Assembly (NCBI RefSeq): GCF_009914755.1 | Contig: NC_060933.1 | DNA length: 64,000 nucleotides | Strand: one strand, 5' to 3' | DNA from: the human T2T-CHM13v2.0 reference genome, Homo sapiens | In this document: positions 1 through 12,649 of the stretch, in pieces | Layout of the letters: every line of letters begins with the position of its first letter | Numbering within the stretch: the stretch's first letter is position 1 | Notes under the pieces: model-generated | The model's database searches: none | The model's input: only the letters and a program-made list of their open reading frames with translations | Told to the model about the DNA's origin: nothing | Position numbers and translations under genes: made by a program

Positions 1-39
1 AGAAAATCCTCCCATTAAACATGTATTTCAATGAGCCCA

Positions 40-440
40 GTCATGGAAATTGCATTCTCCTTGCCAATGAATGGTTTAGGAATGAGCATGTAACATAATT
101 TTGGTCAATGAAACATGTAGGGAGGTCTGATAGGCAGATTCTTGGAAAGGTTTTCATGTTCTTCAAAAGAAACCAACAAAAGCTTCCATCACCCACTGGA
201 CATTTTTATATCAGTAGGAGACACTTGTAACTGGGTGGCTGTTTTAGATTTACCAAGGGAACTAAAGCTAGGTTAGAAGATGGGGAAGGTAGCAAGAATG
301 TGAGTCTTTTATGACATTGTTGAGCTGTTAAATTAATTGGCCTTGCAGTCATTTCACCTCCAGACTTGTGAGATAATACATTGTCTTTATTATTGAAGTA
401 ATTTGAGACAAGGAATTCTAAAGGCAGTCAATAACATCCT
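40..440 (+). mobile_element. ERVL LTR remnant (LTR16/LTR33-like)
   Basis: Motifs 'catgtaac...ggtcaatgaaacatgtagggagg...ttcttggaaaggtttt' and 'tgagtcttttatgacattgttgagctg' resemble LTR16/33. A similar copy lies at 40190-40772. Confidence 0.6.
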
Positions 441-489
441 AGTCAATAAAATATCCAAAAAGTAATAGGACAACAGAGGAAGGAGAGCA

Positions 490-790
490 GCTCATTAGAT
501 GATACCATCAGGGATGGTTTCATGAAGGATCTAACATTTGAATCTTGCTGTGGAAGAAGGGTATACATTTAACAGACAAAATCAGACATAGGAAACAACA
601 CTAGAAAAACTACAAAAGATGTAGAGCTCTGGGTATAGCTGGAGGAAAGCAAGGAATCAAATTTGGCTAAAGCTAGGTTTTACAAGAGTGATTAATTGAA
701 CAGAAAGCAGGAAATGTTCTCAAGAAACAGAACATAAAAAGTTTTGAATTCCAGGCTAAGCAAACTAGAATTTCCTCATAGATGGCAGAG
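490..790 (-). mobile_element. L2 LINE fragment
   Basis: Purine-rich 'catcagggatggtttcatgaaggatctaacatttgaatc' is typical of antisense L2. Confidence 0.55.
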
Positions 791-1614
791 AGTCTGAGGA
801 TGATTGGCTAGGATGTCACCCTACATCTTCAGAGAACTACTATTAGCCACTGTTATCTCTCCTTTATTTGAACTCACTTCACATTTAGAGCCATAGTTCT
901 CAGCTTTAGAAACATATTAGAATCACCAGAAGAATATATGAACATGTGTGTGATTCTAATATGGTGATTGTAATATGACTTACCTTGGTTCATACACATA
1001 CCCTTCAGATGATATATATATAGGGCATGAGCCTCTGCTCTGAAGAGAGAGGCCTGGATTTTTATTTTTTTTATTTTTTTGCTCTCTGTTAAGCTATCAG
1101 GTGACTTTGAAATGCAATTATGCTTGAGACCCATAGACATGGTCATCTATAATTTTGAATATTTTAACCTTACTTATATGGAAAGTCTCCCATAATGTCA
1201 ATCTAGAAAACATATCAGAGATTTTCTAAGCAAACACCTTCAATTTTATCTCTAAAATAATGCAAACGCATTGTAAACTCTATAGGGCCATGCAAATGTA
1301 CTAACTCTTATCACCATCACCATTATCATTATAATTGATGATCAAAGAAAACACATAGAAATTAAATAATTTATTCAAAGCCAATCTGCACATTAGCATC
1401 AGATCTGGGGCTGAAAACAAAGTTTCAGCATCACTTATCTAGCATTCTTTCAATTAAGCCAAGTTGCCAATATTTCAGTAATGCATATTTCCCCAAATAT
1501 TCTGCAACTACTTTTTGTGGAAAACATATGTTATATTTCTTTTGATCTTCCATAATCCCAGCTATAGTCTTCCTGGATAACTGACTCCTATATGATAATT
1601 AAATCTCACTTTTC

Positions 1615-1800
1615 CAGTGGTTCTAAAACATGAACATACATCAGAATTACCTGAACCTGTGTAAAAATACATATTTTGTGGCCAACTCTAGAATATGTGA
1701 TTCAATAAGTCTGAAGTAGTGATTCTGGTGATTCATACTTGTAAAACATTTTTTACATAAGGTCTATCCTACTTGGAATCACACTTTGAGAGATACTACA
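1615..1800. mobile_element. MER5-family hAT-Charlie DNA transposon remnant
   Basis: 'cagtggttct...catcagaattacctg...gtgattctggtgattc...cacactttgagagatact'. Confidence 0.65.
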
Positions 1801-1859
1801 TTAGTCCAACTCCATAGGTGAAATTTTTGTCTAAAAAAGTCATTTTTTAGTTAAGTAAA

Positions 1860-2035
1860 ATGGATTTATATCCTGGATCTGACACTTTTTAACTATAACT
1901 TGAGAGAATTACCTTCTCTAATACAGTCTCAGTTTGCAAATATATAAATGGGGCTGGTAACAAATACCTGAAATGTCTACTATGGCAGCACAATGTGCCT
2001 GGTATAGTGTTTGGCGTGTGAAAGGACTCATGTAA
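1860..2035 (+). mobile_element. MIR SINE
   Basis: Core 'gtctcagtttgcaaatatataaatgggg' resembles MIR core ctcagtttcctcatctgtaaaatgggg. Confidence 0.65.
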
Positions 2036-2199
2036 CTGTCCATTTTCCAGCTCGCTTTCCCTGTGGATCCTCTTTCCCCATAAAGAGAGAGATTCTCTGG
2101 CTCCAGTTGGAGATTCATGGCTCTTCTTCTAGCTGGCTCTCCTTCAGTGAGCTTGAGTTTACACTTCTACCACCAAATTACTAAAACGCATATGGAGCA

Positions 2200-2700
2200 T
2201 ATTTCTAGGAAATGTTATGCAAATCATTTCAAAGGGGGAAAATATGATCGGCAAATTATGTCAATATAATCCTCAAAGTAGTTCTTTGGAGATAAAACCT
2301 ATCACATATGCTCTGTATCACTTACTTTGGCATTTTTAACAGTTTAACCATAGCAGCTGTTCCTGCTCACTAATTGCCTGCAACATTAAACAATGGTTGC
2401 ACATCAGTTCCCAGACTTTTCCTTCTGTGTCAACCTCACAGCTTCCAGATACATGCAAGTTTCCCCAGGTCGCTTCATTCCTCTTGTGCTAAAAGATGTC
2501 ATCATATGACTGAGCAAAAGATGGTTTGTGAAAGATCAAGGTGACCTTTGGTGTGAACCTTGGTGAAACAAGAGCAGTAATAGGGTTCCCGAGCCTGAGA
2601 GAATCTGTCCACAGACACAATCTTTCCATGACTCAAAGGACTGCAGCTAAGTTTGCATCACCACCCCTGGTGGATGGGTGATTTTTCCACGTGAATTTGC
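2200..2700. promoter_or_regulatory. Candidate enhancer (octamer, STAT/BCL6, TCF, SOX, nuclear-receptor, AP-1 and E-box motifs)
   Basis: TTCTAGGAA 2203-2211, ATGCAAAT 2217-2224, TTCAAAGG 2228-2235, AACAATGG 2389-2396, TCAAGGTGA/TGACCTTTG 2536-2550, TGACTCA 2629-2635 and CACGTG 2688-2693, all in DNA with no recognisable repeat. Confidence 0.35.
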
Positions 2701-2739
2701 TGGGACCTTTTATTTTTTTACCAGAGATGATGTACAGCC

Positions 2740-3095
2740 ATGTATCCTGGTGTTCAAGCTAGAAACTTCAAATTTATTGTTGATTCTTCATTCTGATCCC
2801 CTACTGAAGTCACTCTGTGAGTCTTATTAGTGTTTCCACTTAAATTCTTGACTGTTCTCTCAAGCCTTGCAGCTCTTAACACAAGCTACCATCTTCTCTA
2901 GCTAGCATCACTACAATAGCATTCCAGCTAATATTCTCTGACTTCTGTTTAACCCCACTCCACTCACTCATTCTCCACCCCTCCTGGAATGATCTAAAGT
3001 GCAAGTTGTATTATACCATTCTCTTCCAACTCTTTCCAGTGACTCCCCACTAGTCTCAGAATCTAAGTCCAATGTCATCATCCTGATGGACTAGA
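2740..3095 (+). mobile_element. L2 LINE fragment
   Basis: Pyrimidine-rich L2-like motifs 'caagctaccatcttctctagc...ctacaatagc' and 'ccagtgactccccact'. Confidence 0.6.
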
Positions 3096-3100
3096 AATGA

Positions 3101-3295
3101 ACACTGTCCAACATGGTATCCACTCAACACAGGTGACTAATTAATGAAAATTAAATTTAAAATTCAGTGTCTCAGTGATACTAGCCACATTTCCAGCATT
3201 CAATAACTCCATGTAGCAAGTAGATACCATTTTGCACATTGAAGATATAGAATATTTCCTTCATCACAGAAATTTCTATTGTACAGTCTTGCTCT
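3101..3295. mobile_element. MER3 DNA transposon (hAT-Charlie)
   Basis: 'ctgtccaacatggtatccact...ctagccacatttccagcattcaataactccatgtagc...tttctattgtacag', with inverted termini. Confidence 0.75.
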
Positions 3296-3299
3296 AAAT

Positions 3300-4050
3300 A
3301 TTGAAAACTGGTTAGTATTTTTTAACTTATTGTATTGTTATGCATGGCGATTATATGGGTAAACAATGCCTGGAAGTGCTTCTAAGAAGAATGAAAACTG
3401 ATGTGAGCATTCTAGAAAGCAACTGTTTTTTAATGAAATGAGAATGTTTATTGGCTCCAAATAATTCTCACACAGATCCTAAAGGGAATGGATTCAAAGA
3501 TGTTTACTGCAGCATTATTTTCTGCTGGTAGGGGTTGAGAGACAACCTAAGCGTCTGTGACCAGGGGACTGGATGAATAAAATATACAAGGTGCATATTG
3601 CAGAATGCTATGAAGTAGTCAGAAGAAAGGAACTAGATGCACACATACCTTTATTAAAACATAGTGTTATACTTTTACTGTAGAATATTAATAAGTGACA
3701 AAATAATAATTTAAAAATTACTGATATAGGCAAACACTTGGATGAATCTCACAAATATTAAGTGGAATAAAAGATGCCAGACATCAAGGAGTACGTACCA
3801 TGTGATTCCATGTTTATGAAGTTAAACATGCAAACTAATCTGTGGTAATAGAAATCAGAACAGTAGTTGCATCTATTTTGGGATTTGCTGTAAAGGGAGA
3901 GAAGGACATTTTCCAGGGTGATGGAAATGTTCTATGTTTTGGCTATGGTGTCCATTACACAGGAATAGACATTTGTCAAACTCATTGAACTGTACACTTA
4001 AGAACTGTGCATCTTACTGCATGTAAATACACCCGAATAAAATTATTTTT
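3300..4050 (+). mobile_element. Old L1 (L1ME/L1MB-type) 3' UTR fragments
   Basis: 'ggatgaatctcacaaa...gtgattcca...ggtgatggaaatgttctat...catttgtcaaactcattgaactgtacactta' is a characteristic L1M 3' end. Confidence 0.75.
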
Positions 4051-4329
4051 AAAACAATATTTTAAAGGCAAAAAAGATTAATTTTAGATGAGATATTTAT
4101 CGTAAGTATATATGCATGCAAAACCATAATATATATTTTACAAAGGTACTTATATAGAAAAGTATATTATAACAAAATATGAGGCAATATTTTTGCTAAG
4201 GGTCAGGGAAAATAAATGATAATAAGAATTAGGGATGAAAGAGCCAAAAATTAGAATAAAGTAAACCAGAGAGAATCCTTAAGTGGACGAGAGGTGACTG
4301 AGCCATGACTGGGGCTTATAATAATTCAA

Positions 4330-4735
4330 TTCAACTCTGTTATTGAAACCAGTAAGACCTTCACTGGGAGAGAGTCTGTCTTTTCTAGGGATACTAAACT
4401 GGGATTGTATATTATTGGATTTGTCTCCCTCTTCTCATAAATTAATGCTGGCTGCAGGAAGGAGAAATGAGTTACAAAGAAAAGGAAGTGGAAACAAGAG
4501 GAGAGAGAGGATGAGGGAAACAGGGAAGATGAGGTTACAGAGAGACAGGGATGGGCCAAAAGGAAAAAGAAACGGAACAAGTTGACATTTGAATCTTCAG
4601 TTTCTGAGCCAGCTCCATCTCTGGAACTTTCAGTAATTTAAACAAATACATCAAATACATTTCGTTTTTTTCCCTTTTGCTTAAACTAGTTTAAGCTGAG
4701 TTTCTGTTACTTGCTATAAAAAATGTACTAATTCT
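4330..4735 (+). mobile_element. MLT1-type MaLR LTR remnant
   Basis: 3' end 'ttgcttaaactagtttaagctgagtttctgttacttgc...actaat' matches old MLT1 termini. Confidence 0.6.
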
Positions 4736-4789
4736 TTAGTGTGGTTTATCATTATAAGAAATATGTGTTAAACCCTATTTTACCATTTT

Positions 4790-7200
4790 AAAAACTTTTC
4801 ATCATTGAAATATTCAAACATATACACACATAGAGAAATTAGTATAATAAATACTTAACTTCAACTAGTTTTAGTATGTTGTTAATCTTGTTTCATTCAC
4901 CCCATCTCCCTGCCCCTGTCTCCCCTCTACCCAAGACACTACTGGATTAGTTTGAAGCCAGTCCAGACACCACTTGGTCATTCAAACATAAATATTTCAA
5001 TATACATCTCTAAAATTAAGAATCTTTCAGAAAAATATAACCACAATATAAAGATCATACCAAAAAAATCTCTTCATGGTGTAAAATATGTGCCCCATAT
5101 TCAGATTTCCCTGACTGTCTAATATATATAATTTTAGCATAATTTTAAGGCAGGATGCAAACAAGATCTAAAACAATTAATCTGAATGATATGTCTCTGC
5201 AATGCATTTTAATGTACAGGTTCCTTATCCCTCTTTGTGCGTATGTGCTTGTGCACCTGAGCTTGTATGTAATTTGTGTGTTGCAGAAACTTGGTATCTT
5301 GTCTTTCAGAATTTTTCTCATTCTGAATTTTTATATTGCATTTTTATTTAATATCTTACTTTAGTCTTGTATTTTCTGTGAACTGGAAAGGTTTGAATAC
5401 TTTATAGGAGGCAATCTATCGGTTCCTATTCCATCATATCAGAAGATAATTCATGTTTGATGATGTCTATTCTTCTGATGTTAAGATTAATTAGTTGATT
5501 CAAGTGTTTTCCATCTGACTGAACAATTTTTAGGCCTTATCAGATTTATTATGAATTGTTAATTTTTGTCTCCTGCTTCCTGTTTAAGTTTCCAAACTTA
5601 GTGTTTGGCATCTCCATGACTTAACTAATTTATCTTACTCTTTTTTTTTTTTTTTTTAATCTTTCCACAATGTCAGACTTTTAACTTTAAGTTCAGAGGT
5701 ACGTGTGCAGGTTTGCTACACAGGTAAACCTGTGTTATGGGGATTTGTTCTACAGATTATTTCATCATCCAGGTATTAAGCCTATTACTCATTAGTTATT
5801 TTTTCTGATCCTCTCCCTCCTCTCGCCCTTGACCCTCCAATAGGCCACAGTGTGTGTTGTTCCCCTCTATGTGTCCATGTGCTCTCATCATTTAGCTAAT
5901 ATACAGAACTCTCCACCAAATACTGCATATTCTCACTTATAAGTAGGAGCTAAATGATGATTAAACTTCTTAAAGTTCCTCATTGGCATTTCACCTAAGG
6001 TTTTAAAATCCATGAATGTTCATTGCCTAGATTTATTATTATTTCATGAGGGATGCCAAAATGTTAAGAGTCTATTATTACCCCTAGGTTTAATAGCGGC
6101 AATTGTTCTATAAAGAAATATCTTCCATAAATATTTGGATAATAATATACAGTTATTATGGAGAAGAAGAATTAATGATTGTGTTTTTCCTCTTGTTTAG
6201 AAGTTTTCAGAATATATTGGCTCATATAAAGGTGAAAAATGTGAGTTTGTGACTTTGTTTAAAGGTGTCCTTATGAACTCATGGATTATAAAACATTGTA
6301 TATATTTTAATCTATTTCAGTTATTAGTCTTTTCATGGCCCAAACTCTCCCACTTTTTGGCCAACTCCTGAGAATATTTTTGGGGAACTCCTAAGTCCTT
6401 TTGACATATTCTCATTTCTTAATAGAGTTGCTTTCTAGGTATGATACAATATCTCAGGCTCATCTTGTAAGTTTCTGACACCAGATCCAGAAGTAATTAA
6501 TCATTTCTTCAAGGTGCCCTTGTTCTCGTTAGTGGGAACTGACATCTTGAAGCAGTCACCTGGAAATTAGAGGGACTTCTTGCTACTGGTTAGTACTGGT
6601 CAAACGTTGTTTCTAATGCTTTTTGTGGACAGAACTAGGAAATATGTATATCTTTAAGATAAAATATTTCACAAAGTCATACTATTTCTAATTCAAAATT
6701 GGGTAATCTTTGGTTTGTTTAACATCTTGATTTTAAATTATCTGATGAAAAATTTTGGTTCCCAAGCACTTATATGTTTTATCCAATTAAAATAGCTAAT
6801 AATATTAGAATACAAGCCAATGTTTTTACTATCAATATGACTGCTGAAAGCAAGTTAAGAAGTTTCTTGCATTTTATTTTGTTCTTGGTGTATATTTCCA
6901 CTTCATTGTGCTTTATAGTCAACTAAAATAAATCTTTCGTGTGTGTCTTTGTCACCAACTGAATACACACATCCATTTATTATGTTTTGCTTTCAATTTT
7001 TATATATTTCCCGGTTTCTTTTATTTTTTTAGAATGATGTAATATATTTACTATGGCTCCAAAGTAAAATTTACAAAATGAGATACATTCAGAGAAATCT
7101 AGATTTTATTTGTACCCTCTATTTGTCTCCTCCCTCCTCTGTAGAGAAAATCATTTTAATTTGTTTACTTTTGCTTCTGTTCCATTTTAATATATGTGCA
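4790..7200 (-). mobile_element. Old L1 (L1MC/L1ME) 3' region, interrupted by a younger L1 at 5641-5960
   Basis: 'ttcaaacatatacac...agaaattagtataat', 'ttcagatttccctgactgtct' and 'caggctcatcttgtaagtttct' are L1MC-like antisense motifs. Confidence 0.6.
5641..5960 (-). mobile_element. Short primate L1 (L1PA13-16-like) 3' end with an inverted 5' piece
   Basis: Poly-T at 5640-5657 and antisense 3'UTR at about 5679-5897. Sense-oriented 'ccaaatactgcatattctcacttataagtaggagctaaatgatga' follows at 5916-5960. Confidence 0.8.
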
Positions 7201-7943
7201 ATGTGGATCTTAGAGAAGAGATATGCTATGCATATGGTATGCTTTTCTGAAATTTGTCAAGCCTTGTTTACAAAGTGAAAAATCCTTTCTTTAAAATATT
7301 CTACTTTTCCTGCACCTACTTCAATTATTTAAGCAAAAGTAGGAATTTATGTAGAGCAAGTTCTCTTAATAAAAGGCATGTTTATATTCTGTAACCAATG
7401 GGAAAGGGACTTAAAATGTTGAGAAAGTTCCTTTGAAGGCTAACATCTATAACTATTAACATTCACAGCAGAGTTTCTTTCCTCTTTGGAGTTGAACAGA
7501 TTTTCGATGAGAAAAGTGTAGGTTTTACTAATGGAAATGGCCTTGTGTGTATACAGAACTGGGTTTGTGGACATTAAAAGCTATTTGACATGTGCCGATC
7601 TTTTCCTAGTAAGAATTTGGGAATAGAAATATCTTTCCTGCTTCTTTGATCTCCTTTCAAATCCCATGGAGGTATATTATGGCTGCAGAGAACTATAAAT
7701 GTTATCGAGCTGCAATTTGAACGCACTAAAAAATGTAGTTGCAAAGGCAATTCAAACATCAGGTATCCTTTTCGTCATCCGGACTCTGGTTTTAGAGCTA
7801 TTGAGGGAGTTCTTTTAACTCTCAAACTGCATTGTATTGCTGACCTGGTATGAATACTCAAGTTACCTTGAATATCTGCATTTTTGATGCAAGATAGCAG
7901 ATATTACTTTCTTCTGCTCTTTTCTTTAAAAATACATACATGC

Positions 7944-7994
<51 letters not shown>

Positions 7995-8020
7995 ATCACA
8001 CACACACACAGAGACACACA
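7944..8020. repeat. (AGAT)12 tetranucleotide STR followed by a short (CA)n
   Basis: Perfect AGAT x12 at 7944-7991, CA run at about 7997-8010. Confidence 0.98.
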
Positions 8021-8904
8021 TATTTCACCCAAAAAGCACTTCCTTTTGAGGACAAACATAACAGTTTTGAATAAAGGGTTTATAATCTCTACCCAGTTTA
8101 GATATATGTCTGATTCCTGAAGTTATCTCACTGAAATGTATTTTCATAACCATTTGCCATTTGAGAATCTTGTTCAGTAAGCATGTTTAAGGAGGTTGAT
8201 GACAAAGAAGGGAGGCGTTATATATTTCCTGCTACAATAATTGGGAAGAGACTGAAAGACAATAAAAAAGGCAGAAGTCCTATGTTCTCTTCCTCTTTCC
8301 CATAAATAGTATGTAGAAGATAAATGCATAGTGTATTTTTAACTGTATAACATAAATTTTAATTTACTAATATTGCTCACATTCAAACACATATGCATTG
8401 TACATTTAGAATCTCTAATTCTGTAGATAATATTTACTGGGGTATCCCATCTTCCACCTTCTTGAATTATCAAAAGGGGCTAAGTCTATAAAAATGGAAG
8501 TTACTTGCCTCACAAGACTAAGTAATGGAAAAGAAGGTGGCAGTGAGGACCCACTTTTTCTTAAACATCTTTGTGACTACCACTTAAAGACTTTTAGAGA
8601 CTGATACTGAAAACCCTTCAGTATCATTCACCAGCCTTCTGAGATAAATAAGACAGAAATTGATGTCCAACCAAATGGCTGTCTCCACATATTCTAACCA
8701 AGTCATTAACAACTCCAGAAAAAAAAAGAGCTGCTGTTTACTGTTTTACTGTGTCCTTTAGAATTTTAAACCTGCCTGGCTAAGCATTTAAGGAAAATTC
8801 ATCTTTTATTATCTGAGCTATCCACACTCTACTCATACTGCATCCCTGCTGCCCTTTCCACATCACTCTCTGCTCTCCAAAATTAGAGACTTGCTCAGGA
8901 GAGA

Positions 8905-9070
8905 CACTGTACTGGAAGACTGGGAGCCACATACAACTCTTGCTCAACTAACAACGTGCTGTGTGTGATCTCAGACCAGCACTTTTCCTCTCTGTATTTC
9001 CTTTCCCTTCACCATAAAATAAGAACCATGGAATAATGATCTCTATGGCTCCTTTCAACTCTGACATTTG
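8905..9070 (+). mobile_element. MIR3/MIR SINE
   Basis: 3' end 'atgatctctatggctcctttcaactctgacatt' matches MIR3. Confidence 0.6.
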
Positions 9071-10124
9071 GGGAATCTACAAAAACGCTCTAAAATATTA
9101 GAAGAGTTCAATTTAAACACCCGGCCACTTTAGAAGGGCTTTGCATATATATTGTATTTCACTTGCTAAATCGCCAAATAAACCTGACACGAGTGAGCCC
9201 CAAGAGGACAGGAGACCAAATTGCAAATGTCTGTTTGTGATGATGAAGGTTTTGTAATCTGAGCATTGATTCTAGAAAGCTGTTAGGTGCTTCTTAAAGT
9301 AACATAAGATTATAAAGTGATGTATTACCCACGAGGAATCATTTCCCATTTACATTTCATTTTCCTCTGTGGTATTTAACTTATTCTTTTTATTATGTGT
9401 AGCCATCATAAATATTTATGCTGCAATGTATGATTGGTCAATAAAGAAAAATCAATACTGGATTTTTTCTTCCCAGGAAAAAGATTGTGCTTTACTTAAT
9501 TTTAACCAAGAATCTCAAAAACCAGCACAGATAGGATAGGAATCCAAGTGGAATATATATAATTTATTTTATATTTTATACTATGCATATTTTATACTTA
9601 CACAGACACTTGTATCCATACACAAAAGCTTTTGGTTTAATATGGCATTTTTTGTTAGTAGCCCTCAATTCAGCCTAACTGCTGTGCTATAAACTACAAA
9701 AATAATGAACTTTAAAGAACACAGAAAACTATTAGAGTTACCATACCATGTTTATGGTAGAATCTTACATTAACTATAAAGAAAATGAAATTGGTAGTAA
9801 GAAAAAAAGAGTTTGTCTACTCTGTATCACGTAATATTTTAATGTGTGGGTTCCAGCTGAAAAAAAATTACACTCTTACTCTATAATGTGTGTGGGCGGG
9901 GATAGGGGTGTGGAGAGAAATGATAAATCCCATTCCAATAATTAAAACAAGTGTATGTGATAGTGTCACTGAATGTCCATTTAGATTGTTCAGGGACGTT
10001 CTTGAACATGAATTTTTAAAGCTGCAATCAGATTGCCAAAAAATGACAATAATTCAGTTGGAGAAGTAAGGCCTATAAATTAAAAAAAGAATCAGATAAG
10101 GCAAGAAGTCGAGAGTGCTCGAAA

Positions 10125-10283
10125 CTCTTGCTATATTCAATGAGTAGTTTATGGACTCGCAGCATCAGTATCGCCTGGAAGCTTAATAATGCAGGGTATC
10201 AGGCACCACCTCAGACCTACTGCATTTTAACATATGTTCCAGATAATTTGTATGTATATGAGTGTTGTAGCAACACTGCTCTA
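10125..10283. mobile_element. MER5A DNA transposon
   Basis: 'ggactcgcagcatcagtatcgcctggaagctt...cctcagacctactg cattttaaca...acactgct'. Confidence 0.75.
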
Positions 10284-10684
10284 AAAAGGGGAATTCAGGG
10301 AAAAAGAAACACTCAGTTTGCAGTTGGAATGATTCCTGGAGGAAGAAACACCCAGGCAACCCAAGAAGATGGATAGGATGCAGCCACATTTTGTTTGCCA
10401 TTCCTTCTCCACATTCTTCGAAAAGGTTCATGGCTAGCCTATGCAATGAGTGTCATCAAGCTAGCACAGGTTATATCTCTCACAGATACACTTAGATATT
10501 TGGAAAGGATCACAAATGACAATGGTATGCCTTGCATTTGTTGACTTTGAATGTGTGACTCTAGAAGGACTCAACCTAAATGGATCATTTTTCATGCTCT
10601 ACCTTGCAGTCATATTAGAAAAATTGTAGTACAAAATATAAATGGGCTTATAGTACATGTTTGTAAGTGTGTGTGCATATGCAC

Positions 10685-10890
10685 TGTGGTGTAAAAGAAA
10701 GCACAGGATTAGAAACCAGATGGATCCTATTCCAATAATTTTGCTTTCCTCTAATCCTCAGGGTTCTTACCCATGAAATGGGATTAATAAAACCTATCCA
10801 AGAAAGTTGTTGGAAGAATCAAATGAACAGAAAAAGTCATCTAGTTTCATACCTAGCACTTTATATGTGCTCAAAAAATGCTAGTTACCT
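10685..10890 (+). mobile_element. MIR SINE
   Basis: 'cagggttcttacccatgaaatgggattaataaaaccta...gttgttggaagaatcaaatga'. Confidence 0.6.
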
Positions 10891-12199
10891 TCCATTTAAT
10901 AAACACAATATATTATCTAGAGCTCCTGTTTTATAAAAAAAAACTAGACATATTATCTCTATAAGCAGGAGATATGACTTGAAATCATTTTACTATAGAT
11001 TGTGAGAAATAAATAAGATTTCAAGATACTGACATTACCATTGAGATGCCAGATAGATTTTGTTTGGTCAAATGTATGGTATAAATAATAAATACATAAA
11101 ATTAATTTGCACTGAGAAAATTAACAGATCCCTTGGGATTTCCTTGCCATTTTGGTACAATTTTGCTTGGGAAAGAAACAGAAGGAATAATGCTCTGTCA
11201 GTTCTGAGGTTAATTACTAGTCATCATGTTGGCTGTTTTATGAGAAAAACATGTATTGTAATTGTCACATGTTCAAATCTTACTTTGCTAATGACCCTTT
11301 AAGAAGATCTTTGTTAATTATCTAATTTGTCTGGAAAATTAGGCTGATTTAAGACCCCAATATGCATGCTACATTCTCTCTATAGTTTAAATTTTTCAGA
11401 ATGTATGTAAAAATATTATTGGCTTTTGTTTTCCATTACGGAGGTACAATTCTTTATTAGGTTCTACTCCATGCCCCACCCAAATTCATCAGTTACATTA
11501 AATGAGGCAACAAAAATCACAGGACCTTGGAGAGGATCACCAGGGTCAAAGCTAATTGAAAATTGCTACCAAAACAAGGAATCATGAGTCTATTTTTTAT
11601 GGACCATACATAAGACTTAAGGAATCATGAGGCTTGGAAAGATTTCAGTGCAGAGAAAGTGACAACAGCATAGCCAAGAATGAGAAAAGAATAGAAAGAA
11701 CATTAGAGGAATGATTCTCTCAGCCAGGGCAAACCTAAGCACACTGTTCCACCTCATTTGCTTACGTTCACCAGCACTGTCTTAAACCTCAGGAAGTGAA
11801 GGTATGAAAAAAAAAGAAAAAGAAAAATGATTTTAAAAAGTCTCTCATCTGATGTAAGCAGGTAAGCAGTGGTTAAAAGAGTGTTTTTTTCTGGTAATAT
11901 AGATGGAAAGACATTCTAGGCTTTTACTTTCTTTTCTTTCTCTCTTTTTCCTTCCTTCCCACCCCCACCCCCTGCATAGGAAGATAGAAGCATCTTGAAG
12001 TGGTTTCTTTCCTGACATTTTCTTATGAGAAAGGGAGGAAAATTATTGGTATTCGAGCCTTGCCTGAGATATGGCAGCAAAGTGTACCCCTCTCTACTTC
12101 CCTTTCCCCACCTTCTCACTGAAACATATAAAGCATATACTCATCTTAGGCCCATCCTGTCATAGGCAGAAATAGAATAAAACCAACGGGATAAAAGGA

Positions 12200-12620
12200 G
12201 AAAGGTGGAGCAGGAGATGTAAGTTGAGGCCTGGGACCTGGCTCTCCACTAAACAGTGGTATGACTTTCAAAGATTCTCTTTTTTCTTTCCTACAGTGTC
12301 CTTGTCTGTAAAATGAAGGAGGGAAATAAATTTTATTAACTATTTGAACCACTATATGATAAGCCTACAAATATATGATTAATGTATGCATTTTACCTTA
12401 ATGGTTTTATCATGTTTAGCAAAGCAAGTTTCATAGCATCTTGATGGTTAAAGCCCTACCCTTCAGAATATTTTGGACCTGAGTTTGAATTCTGAGCTCA
12501 TACTTGGGACAAATCTAGCTGCCTTACCTGTAAGGTGTAGAAAATATGATATTCTCAAGGTTGTTTTGTTTCCATGAAAATTAAATAAGAGAAGTACAAC
12601 GCTTGGCTCAGAGTAAGTCT
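12200..12620 (+). mobile_element. MIR fragments (two)
   Basis: 'cagtgtccttgtctgtaaaatg' and 'tggttaaagcc...ggacctgagtttgaattctgagctc'. Confidence 0.55.
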
Positions 12621-12649
12621 GTGATAAAAAGAGAACCGTTTTACAGAAC

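Noticed and set aside
2658-2676. CTCF site (minus strand CCACCAGGGGTGG)
   Set aside because: It lacks the conserved GGC 3' part of the core motif.
9894-9913. G-quadruplex GGGCGGGGATAGGGGTGTGG
   Set aside because: It has only three runs of three or more G.
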